Shown one piece after another: positions 8,040-17,726 of a stretch of DNA of 64,000 nucleotides. The position numbers and the translations under genes were made by a program. This stretch comes from an uncultured Planctomycetota bacterium (GTDB taxonomy: Bacteria > Planctomycetota > PLA2 > JAEUHO01): NCBI GenBank assembly GCA_963752285.1, contig CAVVXN010000005.1, positions 384,001 to 448,000 of the forward strand, written 5' to 3'. Under the pieces are notes generated by a model, which did not search any database, was not told where the DNA came from, and was given only the letters and a program-made list of their open reading frames with translations. Position 1 is the first letter of the stretch; every line of letters begins with the position of its first letter.

Positions 8040-10162
8040 GACCTCGCCCCGGCCCGTCGGTCGAGCATGTGTCTCACCTCGACGGCCAGGGCGCTGAGCG
8101 TCAGGGGCTTGGCCAGGAAGGTGTAGTCCTCGCCGCCCTCGGGCCGTACGCCGAACGCCGCCGGATCGGGATGTCCCGACATGAAGACGACGCCGAGCCG
8201 CGGGTCGCGGCCCCGCAGCGCCTCGGCGATCCGCGTACCCGACATCTGCGGCAGGACGAGGTCGGTGAGGAGCAGCGCGATCTCGCCGGTGCGCGCCGCG
8301 TGACAGTCGAGCGCCTCGGCCGGGGTGGCCGCGGTGAAGACGCGGTACCCGAGGCCGGTCAGGACGCTCGCGACGAGGTCGCGCACGTCGGTCTCGTCCT
8401 CGACGACGAGGACGCCCTCGGTCCCGCGGGGGAGCGAGGTGGCGACCGGCTGCTGCTCGCCGCCTTCACGCGCCGACGTGGCGACCGGAAGCGCGATCTC
8501 GAAGGTGGCGCCCGCGCCGGGCCGGGAACGGACGCGCACGCCGCCCCCCGTCTGCTCGACCAGCGCGTACACGGTGGCCAGGCCGAGGCCCGTGCCCCGA
8601 TCGGGTCCCTTCGTCGTGAAGAAGGGCTCGAAGATCCGCTCGACGACGGCCTCGTCCATGCCCTCGCCCGTGTCCTCCACCGACACCACGACGTACGGGC
8701 CGGGCGCGGGTCCCGCGAGCCACGACGCGCGCGCCTCCTCGTCGAGCCGGACGGGCTCGGTCGAGATCCGCAGTCGTCCGCCGTCGGGCATCGCGTCCCG
8801 GGCGTTCACGACGAGGTTCATCACGATCTGCTCGAGGTGGATGGGGTCCACCAGGACGGGCGGACACGGATCGTCTACGCGCGTCTCGATGCGGACGCTG
8901 CCTCCGACGAGGGTCGTGAACAGCTGCTCGAGCTCCTGCAGGGACGCGCAGACGTCCACCGGCTGGCGACCCGCGGGCTGCTGGCGCGCGAAGAGGAGGA
9001 GCCGGCGCGTGAGACCCGCCGCGCGGTCGGCCGCGGACGCCATCTGCAGCAGCTGGTGCCGCTCCCGCTCCGTCGCGCTCTCCTTGCCGAGGAGGAGGTC
9101 CAGGTAGCCGCGGATCACGGTCAGGAGGTTCGAGAAGTCGTGCGCGACGCCCCCGGCGAGGCGTGCGATCGCCTCCATCTTCTGGGCCTGCTGGAGCTGC
9201 GCGCTGAGCTGGCGCTCGCGGGTCACGTCCCGGCCGACGGCCGAGAGGAACCGCGCCTCTCCGGACTCGTCGCGGTGGACGATCACGGTCGTGCGGACCT
9301 GCCTCGGCGCGCCCCCGGTCGCGCGAACCGTGAGGTCGCCGGTCCACGTTCCGGCGCGCATCGCCTGGGGGAGCGCCTCCGACTGGATCCGTCGCGCGTC
9401 CGCGTCGTCGAAGAAGGTCCTGAGCGAGCGGCCCTCGGCCTCGGCCGTGGGCTCCAGGCCCAGGATCGCGCGCCCGGCCGGGTTCACGTACTCGAGGCGG
9501 CCGTCGGTGCGGGCCATGACCACGAGGTTCGGCGAGGCTTCGAGGATCTCCTTCAGCCGCTGGCGCCGTTGCTCCGAGCGCTTCTGCTCGGTGACGTCCT
9601 CCTTCACCGCGAGGTAGTGGGTGATCGTCCCCTCCTCGTCGCGGATCGCGCTGATCGTGGCCGTCTCCCAGTAGAGCGAGCCGTCCTTCCTCCGGTTGTG
9701 GAACTCGCCCCGCCAGGTCTCGCCGCGCGTGATCGTGGTCCACATCCGCTGGTAGGTCCCGGGCTCCTCCTCGCCGGACTTGAGCAGGCGCGGGTTCTGA
9801 CCCAGCACCTCTTCGGGCTCGTAGCCCGCGGTCTCGGTGAATCGCGGATTGACGTACACGATGTTCCCGTCGGAGTCGGTCATGACGACTGTGCTGCCGC
9901 TCTGTTCCACCGCGCGTTCGAGCCGACGCGACTCCTCCTCCGCGCTCCGGAGGAGGCGGTCCCGCCGGCGGAGCAAGCCGTACAGGAGGGCGCCGGTCAC
10001 GAGGACGAACGCGAGACCCTTCAGGACCTCGTCCCGGACCCAGCCATCGATGTCGGGGCCCACGGACCGGAGGAAGAGATCGCTCCCGAGGATCCACGCG
10101 CCCGCGACCGCGACGTAGACCAGGGACAGGCGTCCCGGGCTGGCCGGACGGGGTCGTTCCAC
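8036..10162 (-). CDS. Membrane-anchored PAS-PAS hybrid sensor histidine kinase/response regulator
   Basis: Two N-terminal TMs, two PAS/PAC domains, H-box GGVAHDFSN, N-box NLVVNARDA, DTGEG, FFTTK, GTGLGL, C-terminal receiver (VVEDE, TDLVLP, KP). GTG 10162 has a GAGGA RBS; longest ORF starts at 10273. Confidence 0.9.
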   Translation of the reverse strand: MERPRPASPGRLSLVYVAVAGAWILGSDLFLRSVGPDIDGWVRDEVLKGLAFVLVTGALLYGLLRRRDRLLRSAEEESRRLERAVEQSGSTVVMTDSDGNIVYVNPRFTETAGYEPEEVLGQNPRLLKSGEEEPGTYQRMWTTITRGETWRGEFHNRRKDGSLYWETATISAIRDEEGTITHYLAVKEDVTEQKRSEQRRQRLKEILEASPNLVVMARTDGRLEYVNPAGRAILGLEPTAEAEGRSLRTFFDDADARRIQSEALPQAMRAGTWTGDLTVRATGGAPRQVRTTVIVHRDESGEARFLSAVGRDVTRERQLSAQLQQAQKMEAIARLAGGVAHDFSNLLTVIRGYLDLLLGKESATERERHQLLQMASAADRAAGLTRRLLLFARQQPAGRQPVDVCASLQELEQLFTTLVGGSVRIETRVDDPCPPVLVDPIHLEQIVMNLVVNARDAMPDGGRLRISTEPVRLDEEARASWLAGPAPGPYVVVSVEDTGEGMDEAVVERIFEPFFTTKGPDRGTGLGLATVYALVEQTGGGVRVRSRPGAGATFEIALPVATSAREGGEQQPVATSLPRGTEGVLVVEDETDVRDLVASVLTGLGYRVFTAATPAEALDCHAARTGEIALLLTDLVLPQMSGTRIAEALRGRDPRLGVVFMSGHPDPAAFGVRPEGGEDYTFLAKPLTLSALAVEVRHMLDRRAGARS

Positions 10163-10339
10163 GTTCGAGTCCTCGGCAGGGAGCGCGATCTCGTTCGCGC
10201 CCGGCGGAGGGACCGTCGTTCGACGGGCCCCCCGCAATCGTCCGCCACGTTCCGCCTCCGCGCGCATGCTCAATCCGTCGCGGCGTCGCGGGTTCCGGGC
10301 CGATGGTCCCAGGGCGTCCCCGCCCAGACCGCGGTCGGG

Positions 10340-11794
10340 TCAGCGTCCGGGCACGCCGGCCCGTCCCGTCGGGGCGTCGCGGTGGACCTCGCGCTCGCCC
10401 GCCGGCTCCCCGACGGCGGCGCGCGCCTGCGCGAGTCGGAGATACAGAGCCCGGCGGTGCGCGAGGAGCGTCGTGCGAAGGTTCGACCCCGTGAGGAGCG
10501 CGGCGCTCCTGAGACGCGCACGGGTCTCGAGGCTCACGTCGCGCCACGCCACGTGGAACGCGAGGAGGGCCGGCAGGCCGACCAGGAACGCGAGGGCCAC
10601 CCAGGACGAGCGGAGCAGGATCCCCGCGATCGTGCCGCCGAGCACGAGGGCCACGAGGACCACGCCGCCGCCGAGCATCCGGCAGAGCGCGCGTACGTCC
10701 TCGGTCCCGCCGAACGCGCGGAGCGCCAGGAGGTCGCCGAGCGCGCGCACCGGCCAGGTCACGATCGCGGCGAGCCAGCCGATCGGGGTGGCGACCAGAA
10801 GGCGCGGCACGTCGAGGAGGAGGGTCCTCGCCGGGCCCGGACGCTCCGAGCGGGCTCCGCCTCGCTCGCGACGGGGGCCGCCGAGGTGCTCCGCCGGAAC
10901 GCCGACCTGCTCGAGCGCGCGCATCCACGCGTCGGCCTCCGCGCGCAGACGGTCGAGGTCGCGCGGGCGTTCCTCGCGCAGACGCGCGAGGACCGAGGCC
11001 AGGCGCCGGTCGCGCGCGTGTCCCTCGGCGAGCGTCGGCGCGGGCCCGAGCCCGCGCTCGCGCTCCCACACCATCCGCATGGCGCGGAGGGTGGCGAGCT
11101 CACCTTGCGACGACGCCTCGGCCAGCAGGTCCTTGAGCTCCGTCTCGATCCGCCTCGTGGTCGCGACGATCGCCGCGCGGCGCGAGGCGTGGCCCGCGGC
11201 GCCGTCCACGACGAACGGCGTACCGAACGCCACGAGGAGCGAGCCCCTCCGTCCCCCGATGCCGGGCTCCGCCACGAGGCCGACCGGGCAGACCGCGACG
11301 GGCGCGCCCGCGTCGATGGCGATGCGGGCCGCGCCGGTCCGGAGCGGCAGGAGCGTCGGCTGGGGATGGCTCGCGCCCTCGGGGAAGAGGGCCAGGCTCG
11401 CGCCCGCCCGGAGGCGCTCCCGGCAGCGGCGGAACGTCTCGACGTTCGCGCGCACACTGCGGCCCTCGTTCTCGTCCGTGTCCTCGGACCGGTAGACGGG
11501 GATGGCCGCGACCCCGTTCAGGAAGGGCCGGAGCGGGAACCACTTCCACAGCGGCGCCTTCGCGAGGAACGAGGTGGGCCGCGGCGCCGCGTGCACGAGC
11601 GCCATCGGGTCCACGAGCGCCGTGTTGTGGTTCGCCACGAGGAGCGCTCCGCCCTGCGGCGGGACGTGCTCCGCGCCGGTCACCTCGAGGCGCCCGAACT
11701 GCGAGCGGAGGAGGAGGCGCACCACGAGACGGACGAAGCGCCACGACCGCGGCGAGGCGCCTCGCGTGCTCGGTTCGTCCTCCTCGTCGGTCAC
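10340..11794 (-). CDS. Lysophospholipid/glycerol-3-phosphate acyltransferase family protein with C-terminal TM region
   Basis: NHNTALVD (HxxxxD-like), FLAKAPLW, IPVYR, LFPEG, GAARI motifs. Start set at GTG 11794. Confidence 0.85.
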   Translation of the reverse strand: MTDEEDEPSTRGASPRSWRFVRLVVRLLLRSQFGRLEVTGAEHVPPQGGALLVANHNTALVDPMALVHAAPRPTSFLAKAPLWKWFPLRPFLNGVAAIPVYRSEDTDENEGRSVRANVETFRRCRERLRAGASLALFPEGASHPQPTLLPLRTGAARIAIDAGAPVAVCPVGLVAEPGIGGRRGSLLVAFGTPFVVDGAAGHASRRAAIVATTRRIETELKDLLAEASSQGELATLRAMRMVWERERGLGPAPTLAEGHARDRRLASVLARLREERPRDLDRLRAEADAWMRALEQVGVPAEHLGGPRRERGGARSERPGPARTLLLDVPRLLVATPIGWLAAIVTWPVRALGDLLALRAFGGTEDVRALCRMLGGGVVLVALVLGGTIAGILLRSSWVALAFLVGLPALLAFHVAWRDVSLETRARLRSAALLTGSNLRTTLLAHRRALYLRLAQARAAVGEPAGEREVHRDAPTGRAGVPGR

Positions 11795-11918
11795 GCGCCG
11801 GCCTCCCGGCGGCCATGCTACCCCCGGGCCCGATGCGTTCGGGCGACGACGGGCTCCGTCGCCGCTTCGGGCCGGGGGCACCCGCCCCCATAATGCGCCG
11901 TCCCCGAGCGAAGGCCGC

Positions 11919-12866
11919 ATGTCCCTCCGATTCTTCACGCTCCCGCGCCCCAGGACCGAGACGCTCGCGCCCGCCGGCGGCGCCTCGCCGCTCGGGCGGC
12001 TCACGAGCCTCGACGTGGTGGTCGGTGTGTACGTCCTCGCGACCGCCGCCATCGTGCTGCTCGACTTCCAGCAAATCCCGGGCGCGGCCACGATCGCGCT
12101 CCTGCACCTCGCCGGGCTCGTCGTCTACGTGCTCCTTCGCTACGGGTCCACCGACGGCATCGTCCTGCGCGTCCTGTTCGTCATCTCCTTGATCGCGCTC
12201 GTCCTCGGGATCTTCGAGGGCATGGGGGCGATCCTGCCGCACCTCAGGGCCGACGTGGTCGCCGATCGCAAGGCCGACCGCTGGCTCGCGGGCGCCGACG
12301 TCTCGCTGTTCGGCTCGGACCCCACGCGATGGTTCTCCCCCGTCCTCGCGCCGTGGAGCGTCCTGGTCCTGCAGATCTGCTACGCCTCCTACTTCTTCAT
12401 CGCGCCGACGGTCGCGTTCGTCCTGCTCTGGCGCGGTCGATACCGGTCGTTCCTCTCGTGGGCCGCCGTGATCATCGGCTGCTTCTTCACGACCTACGTC
12501 GGCTATTACCTCGTCCCCGCGTACGGGCCGCGCACGTTCAACCACTACACGACGCCCATCCCACATCACGCCGTCTCGCGGGCGATCTACGACGTGATCG
12601 ACAGCCTCGACTACATCCACCTGAACGCCTTCCCCTCGGGGCACACGGCGGTGGCGCTCGTCTGCCTCGCCGCGCTCTTCTACGAGGCGCGCCGGCTGGC
12701 GTGGGTCTTCCTCCCACTCGTCGCCGGGCTGATCGTGGCGACCGTCGCGCTCCGGTACCACTACCTCGTGGACGTGCTCGCCGGCATCCTGGTCGCGGCG
12801 ATCTGGATCCCGTGGGGGGCCCGCGTGGCCTTCGTGTTCGATCACCGCCCCGTCGCGGGGCGCTGA
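11919..12866 (+). CDS. PAP2-superfamily membrane phosphatase/phosphotransferase (Aur1/IPC synthase-like)
   Basis: PAYGP, AFPSGHTA and RYHYLVDVLAG motifs; multiple TMs; CATAAT upstream. Confidence 0.85.
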   Translation: MSLRFFTLPRPRTETLAPAGGASPLGRLTSLDVVVGVYVLATAAIVLLDFQQIPGAATIALLHLAGLVVYVLLRYGSTDGIVLRVLFVISLIALVLGIFEGMGAILPHLRADVVADRKADRWLAGADVSLFGSDPTRWFSPVLAPWSVLVLQICYASYFFIAPTVAFVLLWRGRYRSFLSWAAVIIGCFFTTYVGYYLVPAYGPRTFNHYTTPIPHHAVSRAIYDVIDSLDYIHLNAFPSGHTAVALVCLAALFYEARRLAWVFLPLVAGLIVATVALRYHYLVDVLAGILVAAIWIPWGARVAFVFDHRPVAGR

Positions 12867-12893
12867 GCCTCTCGCCCGGCCCGCCGGTCCCAT

Positions 12894-14954
12894 CTAGGAC
12901 GGCCCGCCGGTCCGAGGGGTCAGGAACCTCGCGAGCCACCCGAGCACCTCCGCGTACCAGCGAAGAGAGCTCTGCGGCCTGAGGATCCAGTGGTTCTCGT
13001 CCTCGAAGTACACGAGGCGTGCGGGGACGCCCTTCGCCTTCAGGACGCCGTAGCAGAGCAGCGCGTGGTCCACCGGCACGCGGAAGTCGCGCTCGCCGTG
13101 CACCACCAGCATCGGCGTGGAGAGGCCGTCCGCGTGCCGAGCGGGGTCCCACCGGTCCATCCGGTCGCGCCCGTCCCACGGCTCGCCGCCCGCGGCGCGT
13201 CGCCACGAGAACGTATGGTCGCTCGCATACTGGAGACCGAGGTCGTACACGCCCGCGTGGTTGACCGCGCAGCGGAACCGGTCGGTCGTGCTCGCGAGCC
13301 ACGCGGTGAGGTAGCCCCCGTACGAGCCGCCGGCGATCGCCATGCGTTCGGGGTCGGCCCACCCGGCGCCAACGAGCAGGTCGGTGGCGGCGAGCACGTC
13401 CCCCGCCGGACGGTCGCCCCATGCGCCCTGGATCCGCGCGCCGAAGTCCTGCCCGAACGACGTGGATCCCTGGAAGTTCACCATCGCGACGAGCCAGCCG
13501 CGGGCCGCGACGACCTGGGCGCACCACCGCCAGTGCCACGTGTCTCCGAAGGTCCCGTGGGGGCCGCCGTGGATCCAGTGCACGAGCGGCCGCGGTGCCC
13601 CGCCCCGTCCCTCGGGGGGCAACAGGAGGAACATCTGCACGGGCACGCCGCCGGCGCCTTCGAACACGGCGCTGTGCACCTCGCCCAGCGCGACGCCTTC
13701 GAGCGCCTCGGCCGTGAAGCTCGTGACGCGCTCGAGCGCCCCGCCCGCGAGCGGGACGCGCGCGACCTCCGGCGGCATCGCGATCGCGTCGTGCACGAAC
13801 CAGACGCGGCCGTCGGCCCCCGGCACGGGCCGGTGCGCCGAGCCGACCTCCGTGAGACGACGCGGCGACCCGGGGTCGTCGGGCGCGCCCGCCGGGAGGA
13901 CGAACACGCGCCGGCGCCCCTCGTCCTCGGCCTCGAAGACGAGGCCGCCCCCCGGAAGCGGGCGCCACGACTCGGGCGAGCGGTCCCACCGCGTGAGGAG
14001 GTCCTGCCGACGTCGGGTCGGCACGTGGAGCGTCGCGAGGCGCACGCGGTCGGCGTAGAAGTCCGGATCCTCGACGTACCCGTAGACCACCGTCTCGCCG
14101 TCGGGGAGCCAGCGGGCGCCGAACGCGCCGACCGGATGCGCGCCGGTCAGGCACTCGGGTCGTCCGGTCCCGACCGCGAGCCGGTACACGTCACGCCGCG
14201 GACGGCCCCCCGGACCGCCGGCGCGCTCGATTCCGGTGAAGACGAGGCTCTTCGCGTCGGGCGCGATGTCGAAGTTGCCCGAGGGCTCCATCCAGTCGAA
14301 GTCGAGCTCGGACGCCGGCAGCAGGTCTCGGACCTCCTTCGAGGCGAGGTCCATCACGAAGAGATGCGGGAGGCGGCCGTCCACCAGCCACGTGTCCCAG
14401 TAGCGGTACAGCCGGTCCTCGGTGACGTGCCACCGCACCGGCCGCTCCACGCGTCGCTGCCGTTCGGCGCGCGTGTCCTCGACGGTCAGGTGGCCCGCGA
14501 AGAGCCAGGCCCCGAACACGAGACCGCTCCCGTCGGGGAGCCATTGGGGATCGAAGGCGCCCAGAGGGAGGTCGGTCAGGACCTCCGCCTCGCCGCCCTC
14601 GAGAGACAGGACCGCGACCTGGCGGGCGGCGCTCCGGTCCGGGCCGCCGGCCAAACGGGTGGTGAACGCGAGGCGTCGCCCGTCGGGGGAGAACGACGGC
14701 TCCGTCGCGTCTCTCTCGGGCGACGTGAGGGGGCGCGCGATCCCGCCCCCCGTGGGCACGAGCCACACGCGCGCGGCGCCGCGGTCGGCCTCGACGTCGT
14801 ACGTCGTGACGACGACGGCAATGTGACGGCCGTCCGGCGCGACGACCGGCGCGCCCACGCGCGGCATCGACCACAGGACCTCCGCGGTCATGGGACGCGT
14901 CCCGCGCCGCCCCGGGTGCACGACCTCCGCGTCGATGCGAGCTCCCTCGTCCAC
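12894..14954 (-). CDS. S9 family peptidase (acylaminoacyl/dipeptidyl peptidase) with N-terminal beta-propeller
   Basis: SPDG propeller repeats, IHGGPH, GGSYGG nucleophile, HGERDFRVP (Asp), DENHW (His). Confidence 0.93.
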   Translation of the reverse strand: MDEGARIDAEVVHPGRRGTRPMTAEVLWSMPRVGAPVVAPDGRHIAVVVTTYDVEADRGAARVWLVPTGGGIARPLTSPERDATEPSFSPDGRRLAFTTRLAGGPDRSAARQVAVLSLEGGEAEVLTDLPLGAFDPQWLPDGSGLVFGAWLFAGHLTVEDTRAERQRRVERPVRWHVTEDRLYRYWDTWLVDGRLPHLFVMDLASKEVRDLLPASELDFDWMEPSGNFDIAPDAKSLVFTGIERAGGPGGRPRRDVYRLAVGTGRPECLTGAHPVGAFGARWLPDGETVVYGYVEDPDFYADRVRLATLHVPTRRRQDLLTRWDRSPESWRPLPGGGLVFEAEDEGRRRVFVLPAGAPDDPGSPRRLTEVGSAHRPVPGADGRVWFVHDAIAMPPEVARVPLAGGALERVTSFTAEALEGVALGEVHSAVFEGAGGVPVQMFLLLPPEGRGGAPRPLVHWIHGGPHGTFGDTWHWRWCAQVVAARGWLVAMVNFQGSTSFGQDFGARIQGAWGDRPAGDVLAATDLLVGAGWADPERMAIAGGSYGGYLTAWLASTTDRFRCAVNHAGVYDLGLQYASDHTFSWRRAAGGEPWDGRDRMDRWDPARHADGLSTPMLVVHGERDFRVPVDHALLCYGVLKAKGVPARLVYFEDENHWILRPQSSLRWYAEVLGWLARFLTPRTGGPS

Positions 14955-14975
14955 CTGCGCCTCCGATCCCGATCG

Positions 14976-15866
14976 TCAGCCCGTCCCGATCGCGTCCGTC
15001 GGCGAGGACGCGCCGGGGAGCTTCTGGTAGTCGAGCTGACTTCCGCGCGCGCTGTGCGGGACTCCGTACACCACGAGCATCAAGAGCGCCGCGCCGATCA
15101 CCACCGCGCGGCGCGCGCGGCCGAGTGGACCGCGCGACCGAACGACGGCGATCGCGGCGATCAACCAGCCGAGCCACATGAAGAGGGTCTTGTTGTCGGT
15201 CAGGTCGTAGCCGTTCGGCCACCCCGTCCAGAGCTGTCCGAACGCGTGCCGTTGCACGAGGGGACCGAGCACCAGCCCGCCGAGGGTGAGCACGCCGAGG
15301 GTCCTCAGGGTCCACCGTCGCGCGACGCCGGCCTCGAACCCCGCCGCGAGCGCGGCGCGGATCCCGAACAGGATGGCGAGGAACATCGCCGCGATGTGGG
15401 GGATCAGGAGCCAGGCCGGGACCGGGTCCCGGTAGCGGAGCACGACCTCGCCCTCCTCCGCCGACGGGAGGAGCACGTCCTCGCCGTCGCCCCGGAGGAC
15501 CACGTGGTACTCGACCTTCCCCGCCGCGGGCTGGCGCGGAATCGCCGCCGCGAGGACGTCGCCGTCCCGCGCCAGCGGGACGGAGGTGAACGGGTCGTCG
15601 GTCGGGTACCGGCGCCAGGCGAGCGTCGCGCCTTCGTCCGCGCCCGTCCCGGCGGCGGAGGGGGGGGCCGGGACCTCGACGCGCGCATCCTCCGTCGTGA
15701 CGGCGCTCCGCGCGAACCGGGCGCGGTAGGTCGCGCCGCGCCACGCGTACGAGGCGCGGAACGGGTGGGACGGGCCGGTCCACCGCTGCCACGCGGCGGC
15801 GCCGAGCGTGAGAAAGGTCGCCAGGCTCCACAGGAGGACGCGTCGCTGGCGGGCGGGGTTGGGCAT
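14976..15866 (-). CDS. Conserved hypothetical membrane protein
   Basis: N-terminal TM, PRQPAAGKVEY domain, about 4-5 C-terminal TMs including WTGWPNGYDLTDNKTL; typical codon usage. Confidence 0.7.
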   Translation of the reverse strand: MPNPARQRRVLLWSLATFLTLGAAAWQRWTGPSHPFRASYAWRGATYRARFARSAVTTEDARVEVPAPPSAAGTGADEGATLAWRRYPTDDPFTSVPLARDGDVLAAAIPRQPAAGKVEYHVVLRGDGEDVLLPSAEEGEVVLRYRDPVPAWLLIPHIAAMFLAILFGIRAALAAGFEAGVARRWTLRTLGVLTLGGLVLGPLVQRHAFGQLWTGWPNGYDLTDNKTLFMWLGWLIAAIAVVRSRGPLGRARRAVVIGAALLMLVVYGVPHSARGSQLDYQKLPGASSPTDAIGTG

Positions 15867-16011
15867 GGGAGGTGTTCCGGGCTCGATCCCCGAGCCACGG
15901 GGTTCTACCGCGGTCCGCCGCGGGTCGCGAACCGGGGCCGTGTGCCCTCGTCCGGCCTACCCGGGGCCGCGCGCGCTTGCCAGCGGCGCGCGCGGCCCGA
16001 CCCTCTCCCGG

Positions 16012-17292
16012 ATGCGCGAGCGACGGCGAAGAGAGCTGTTCGGCCTGGCGGGCTACAACCTGCTCGCCATGGTCCGCCGTGGCTTCTTCTACACGTTCCT
16101 CACGGTGTACCTGCGCGAGGTCCTCCGTCTCCCCGTCTCGGTGATCGCCCTGATCGGGGCCGCGAACGCCGTCGCGAGCACATTGGGACAGGTGCTCCTC
16201 TGGGGCCACGTCTCCGATCGGACCGACCGGCGCGCGGGGCTGATGGTCCGCGGCGAGGCCATCGCGGGCGTCGGGTACCTCGTCACGTTCGCGGCGTACC
16301 GCGTGACGCTCGGCCGCGTTCCTCCCGAGGCCACGGCCGCGATCGTGATCGTGTGCCTCTCGACGATCGAGTTCTTCTGGTCCATGACCGACGTCGGGTT
16401 CCGGGCGGCGATCGCCCAGGTCACCGACCAGGGAAACCGCGGGCGCTACCTCGGCGCGCTCGACCTCCTCGGCCTCGGCGGCATGGGCGCGGGGCTCGGG
16501 CTGGCGGGGATCCTGTACCGCGGCGGCCGCGGCTTCGAGAACGGCGCGCTCTGGCTGCTCGCCGCCGGCTTCATCCTCTCCGGGGTCCCGCTGATCCGCG
16601 CGACCCTGCTCCATCTCGACGGCGCCGAGCCCTCGGCCGCGCTCGTCCGGCTGCGCGGGCCCGTCGCCCCGGCGTTTCGCCGGTTCCTGTGGGCGCTCGC
16701 GGTCGCCGTGATCGGCTCGTGCTCGTTCGTGCAGATCCACTCGTTCTTCGTGCGGCTTCCCGACACCGCCGGCGCGTCCGACACGGGCCTCGCCACGATC
16801 CGCCTCGTGTTCTGGGTCGTCGGCGGCGTCGCCGCTCCGCTCGTGGGCGTGCTGGTGGACCGCGCGGGCGCCCAGCGGGTGCTCTGCGCGTCGATGGCGC
16901 TCCTCGCGGTCGTGCCGCTCGCGTTCATCCCCACACGATCGGTCGGCTACGCCGCCTTGAGCCTCGGGCTCTTCGGCGCGGTCTTCGCCGGGCTCAGGAC
17001 CGCGGGCTACGCGCGCGCCGCCGAGCTCACCCCGGCGGGATCCCGCGGCCGGCACTTCGCGCTCTACAACGCCGTGAGCTCGCTCGGCTGGGGCGCCGCG
17101 GCGCTCCTGCTCGGCGGGCCGGTCTCCGACGTCGTCCAGGGGGCCACGGGATCGGTGCGCCAGGGCTACGACGCGAGCTTCGTCGCGGGCGGCGCGGTGA
17201 CGCTCGTCGGCTGCCTGCTCTACGTGCGCTCCGAGCGGCTCGGCAGGCACGCGAACGCGCGGGCCGCCCCGGTCGAGTCGAGCCCGTCCTGA
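16012..17292 (+). CDS. MFS transporter
   Basis: About 12 TMs; motif A-like WGHVSDRTDRR and GVLVDRAGAQR; RGR motifs in both halves. Confidence 0.88.
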   Translation: MRERRRRELFGLAGYNLLAMVRRGFFYTFLTVYLREVLRLPVSVIALIGAANAVASTLGQVLLWGHVSDRTDRRAGLMVRGEAIAGVGYLVTFAAYRVTLGRVPPEATAAIVIVCLSTIEFFWSMTDVGFRAAIAQVTDQGNRGRYLGALDLLGLGGMGAGLGLAGILYRGGRGFENGALWLLAAGFILSGVPLIRATLLHLDGAEPSAALVRLRGPVAPAFRRFLWALAVAVIGSCSFVQIHSFFVRLPDTAGASDTGLATIRLVFWVVGGVAAPLVGVLVDRAGAQRVLCASMALLAVVPLAFIPTRSVGYAALSLGLFGAVFAGLRTAGYARAAELTPAGSRGRHFALYNAVSSLGWGAAALLLGGPVSDVVQGATGSVRQGYDASFVAGGAVTLVGCLLYVRSERLGRHANARAAPVESSPS

Positions 17293-17375
17293 GCCGCGCG
17301 GGGGCGGACGGACCGCTGGCGGCCGGGACGGTCCGGAGGGACAGTGGGGGCGTCGTGCGGCGGGCGGAGGTGCGC

Positions 17376-17666
17376 ATGAAGGCGGTCGCCGAGATCCAGG
17401 TGGTGCCCATCGGCGTGGGCGTGTCGGTCCGCGCGCAGGTCCTTCGGGCGCACGAGGTGCTCCGCGGGACGGGCCTCGTGACCGAGCTCCACGCGTACGG
17501 CACGAACGTCGAGGGGACGCTCGAGGCGATCCTCGACGCGATCCGGCGCGTGCACGAGACGCTCCACGCGGAAGGGGTCGTCCGCATCGCGACCAACGTG
17601 AAGCTCGGAACGCGCACCGACAAGGACCCGACGCTCCGGGGGAAGCTCACCCCTTCCGGGGCGTGA
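17376..17666 (+). CDS. MTH1187/YkoF family thiamine-binding protein
   Basis: 96 aa MKAVAEIQVVPIG...HAYGTNVEG...RIATNVKLGTRTDK; GGAGG RBS; it is the 3' end of the 12990..17666 ORF. Confidence 0.88.
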   Translation: MKAVAEIQVVPIGVGVSVRAQVLRAHEVLRGTGLVTELHAYGTNVEGTLEAILDAIRRVHETLHAEGVVRIATNVKLGTRTDKDPTLRGKLTPSGA

Positions 17667-17726
17667 CCCGCGGACGGCGGGGCGCGTGCGCGCTTTCGGA
17701 TCCCCCCGGGCGGGGGGCGGGTGGTC

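Noticed and set aside
17293..17375. TPP riboswitch upstream of the thiamine-binding protein
   Set aside because: Only 83 nt, and the conserved CUGAGA core is absent.
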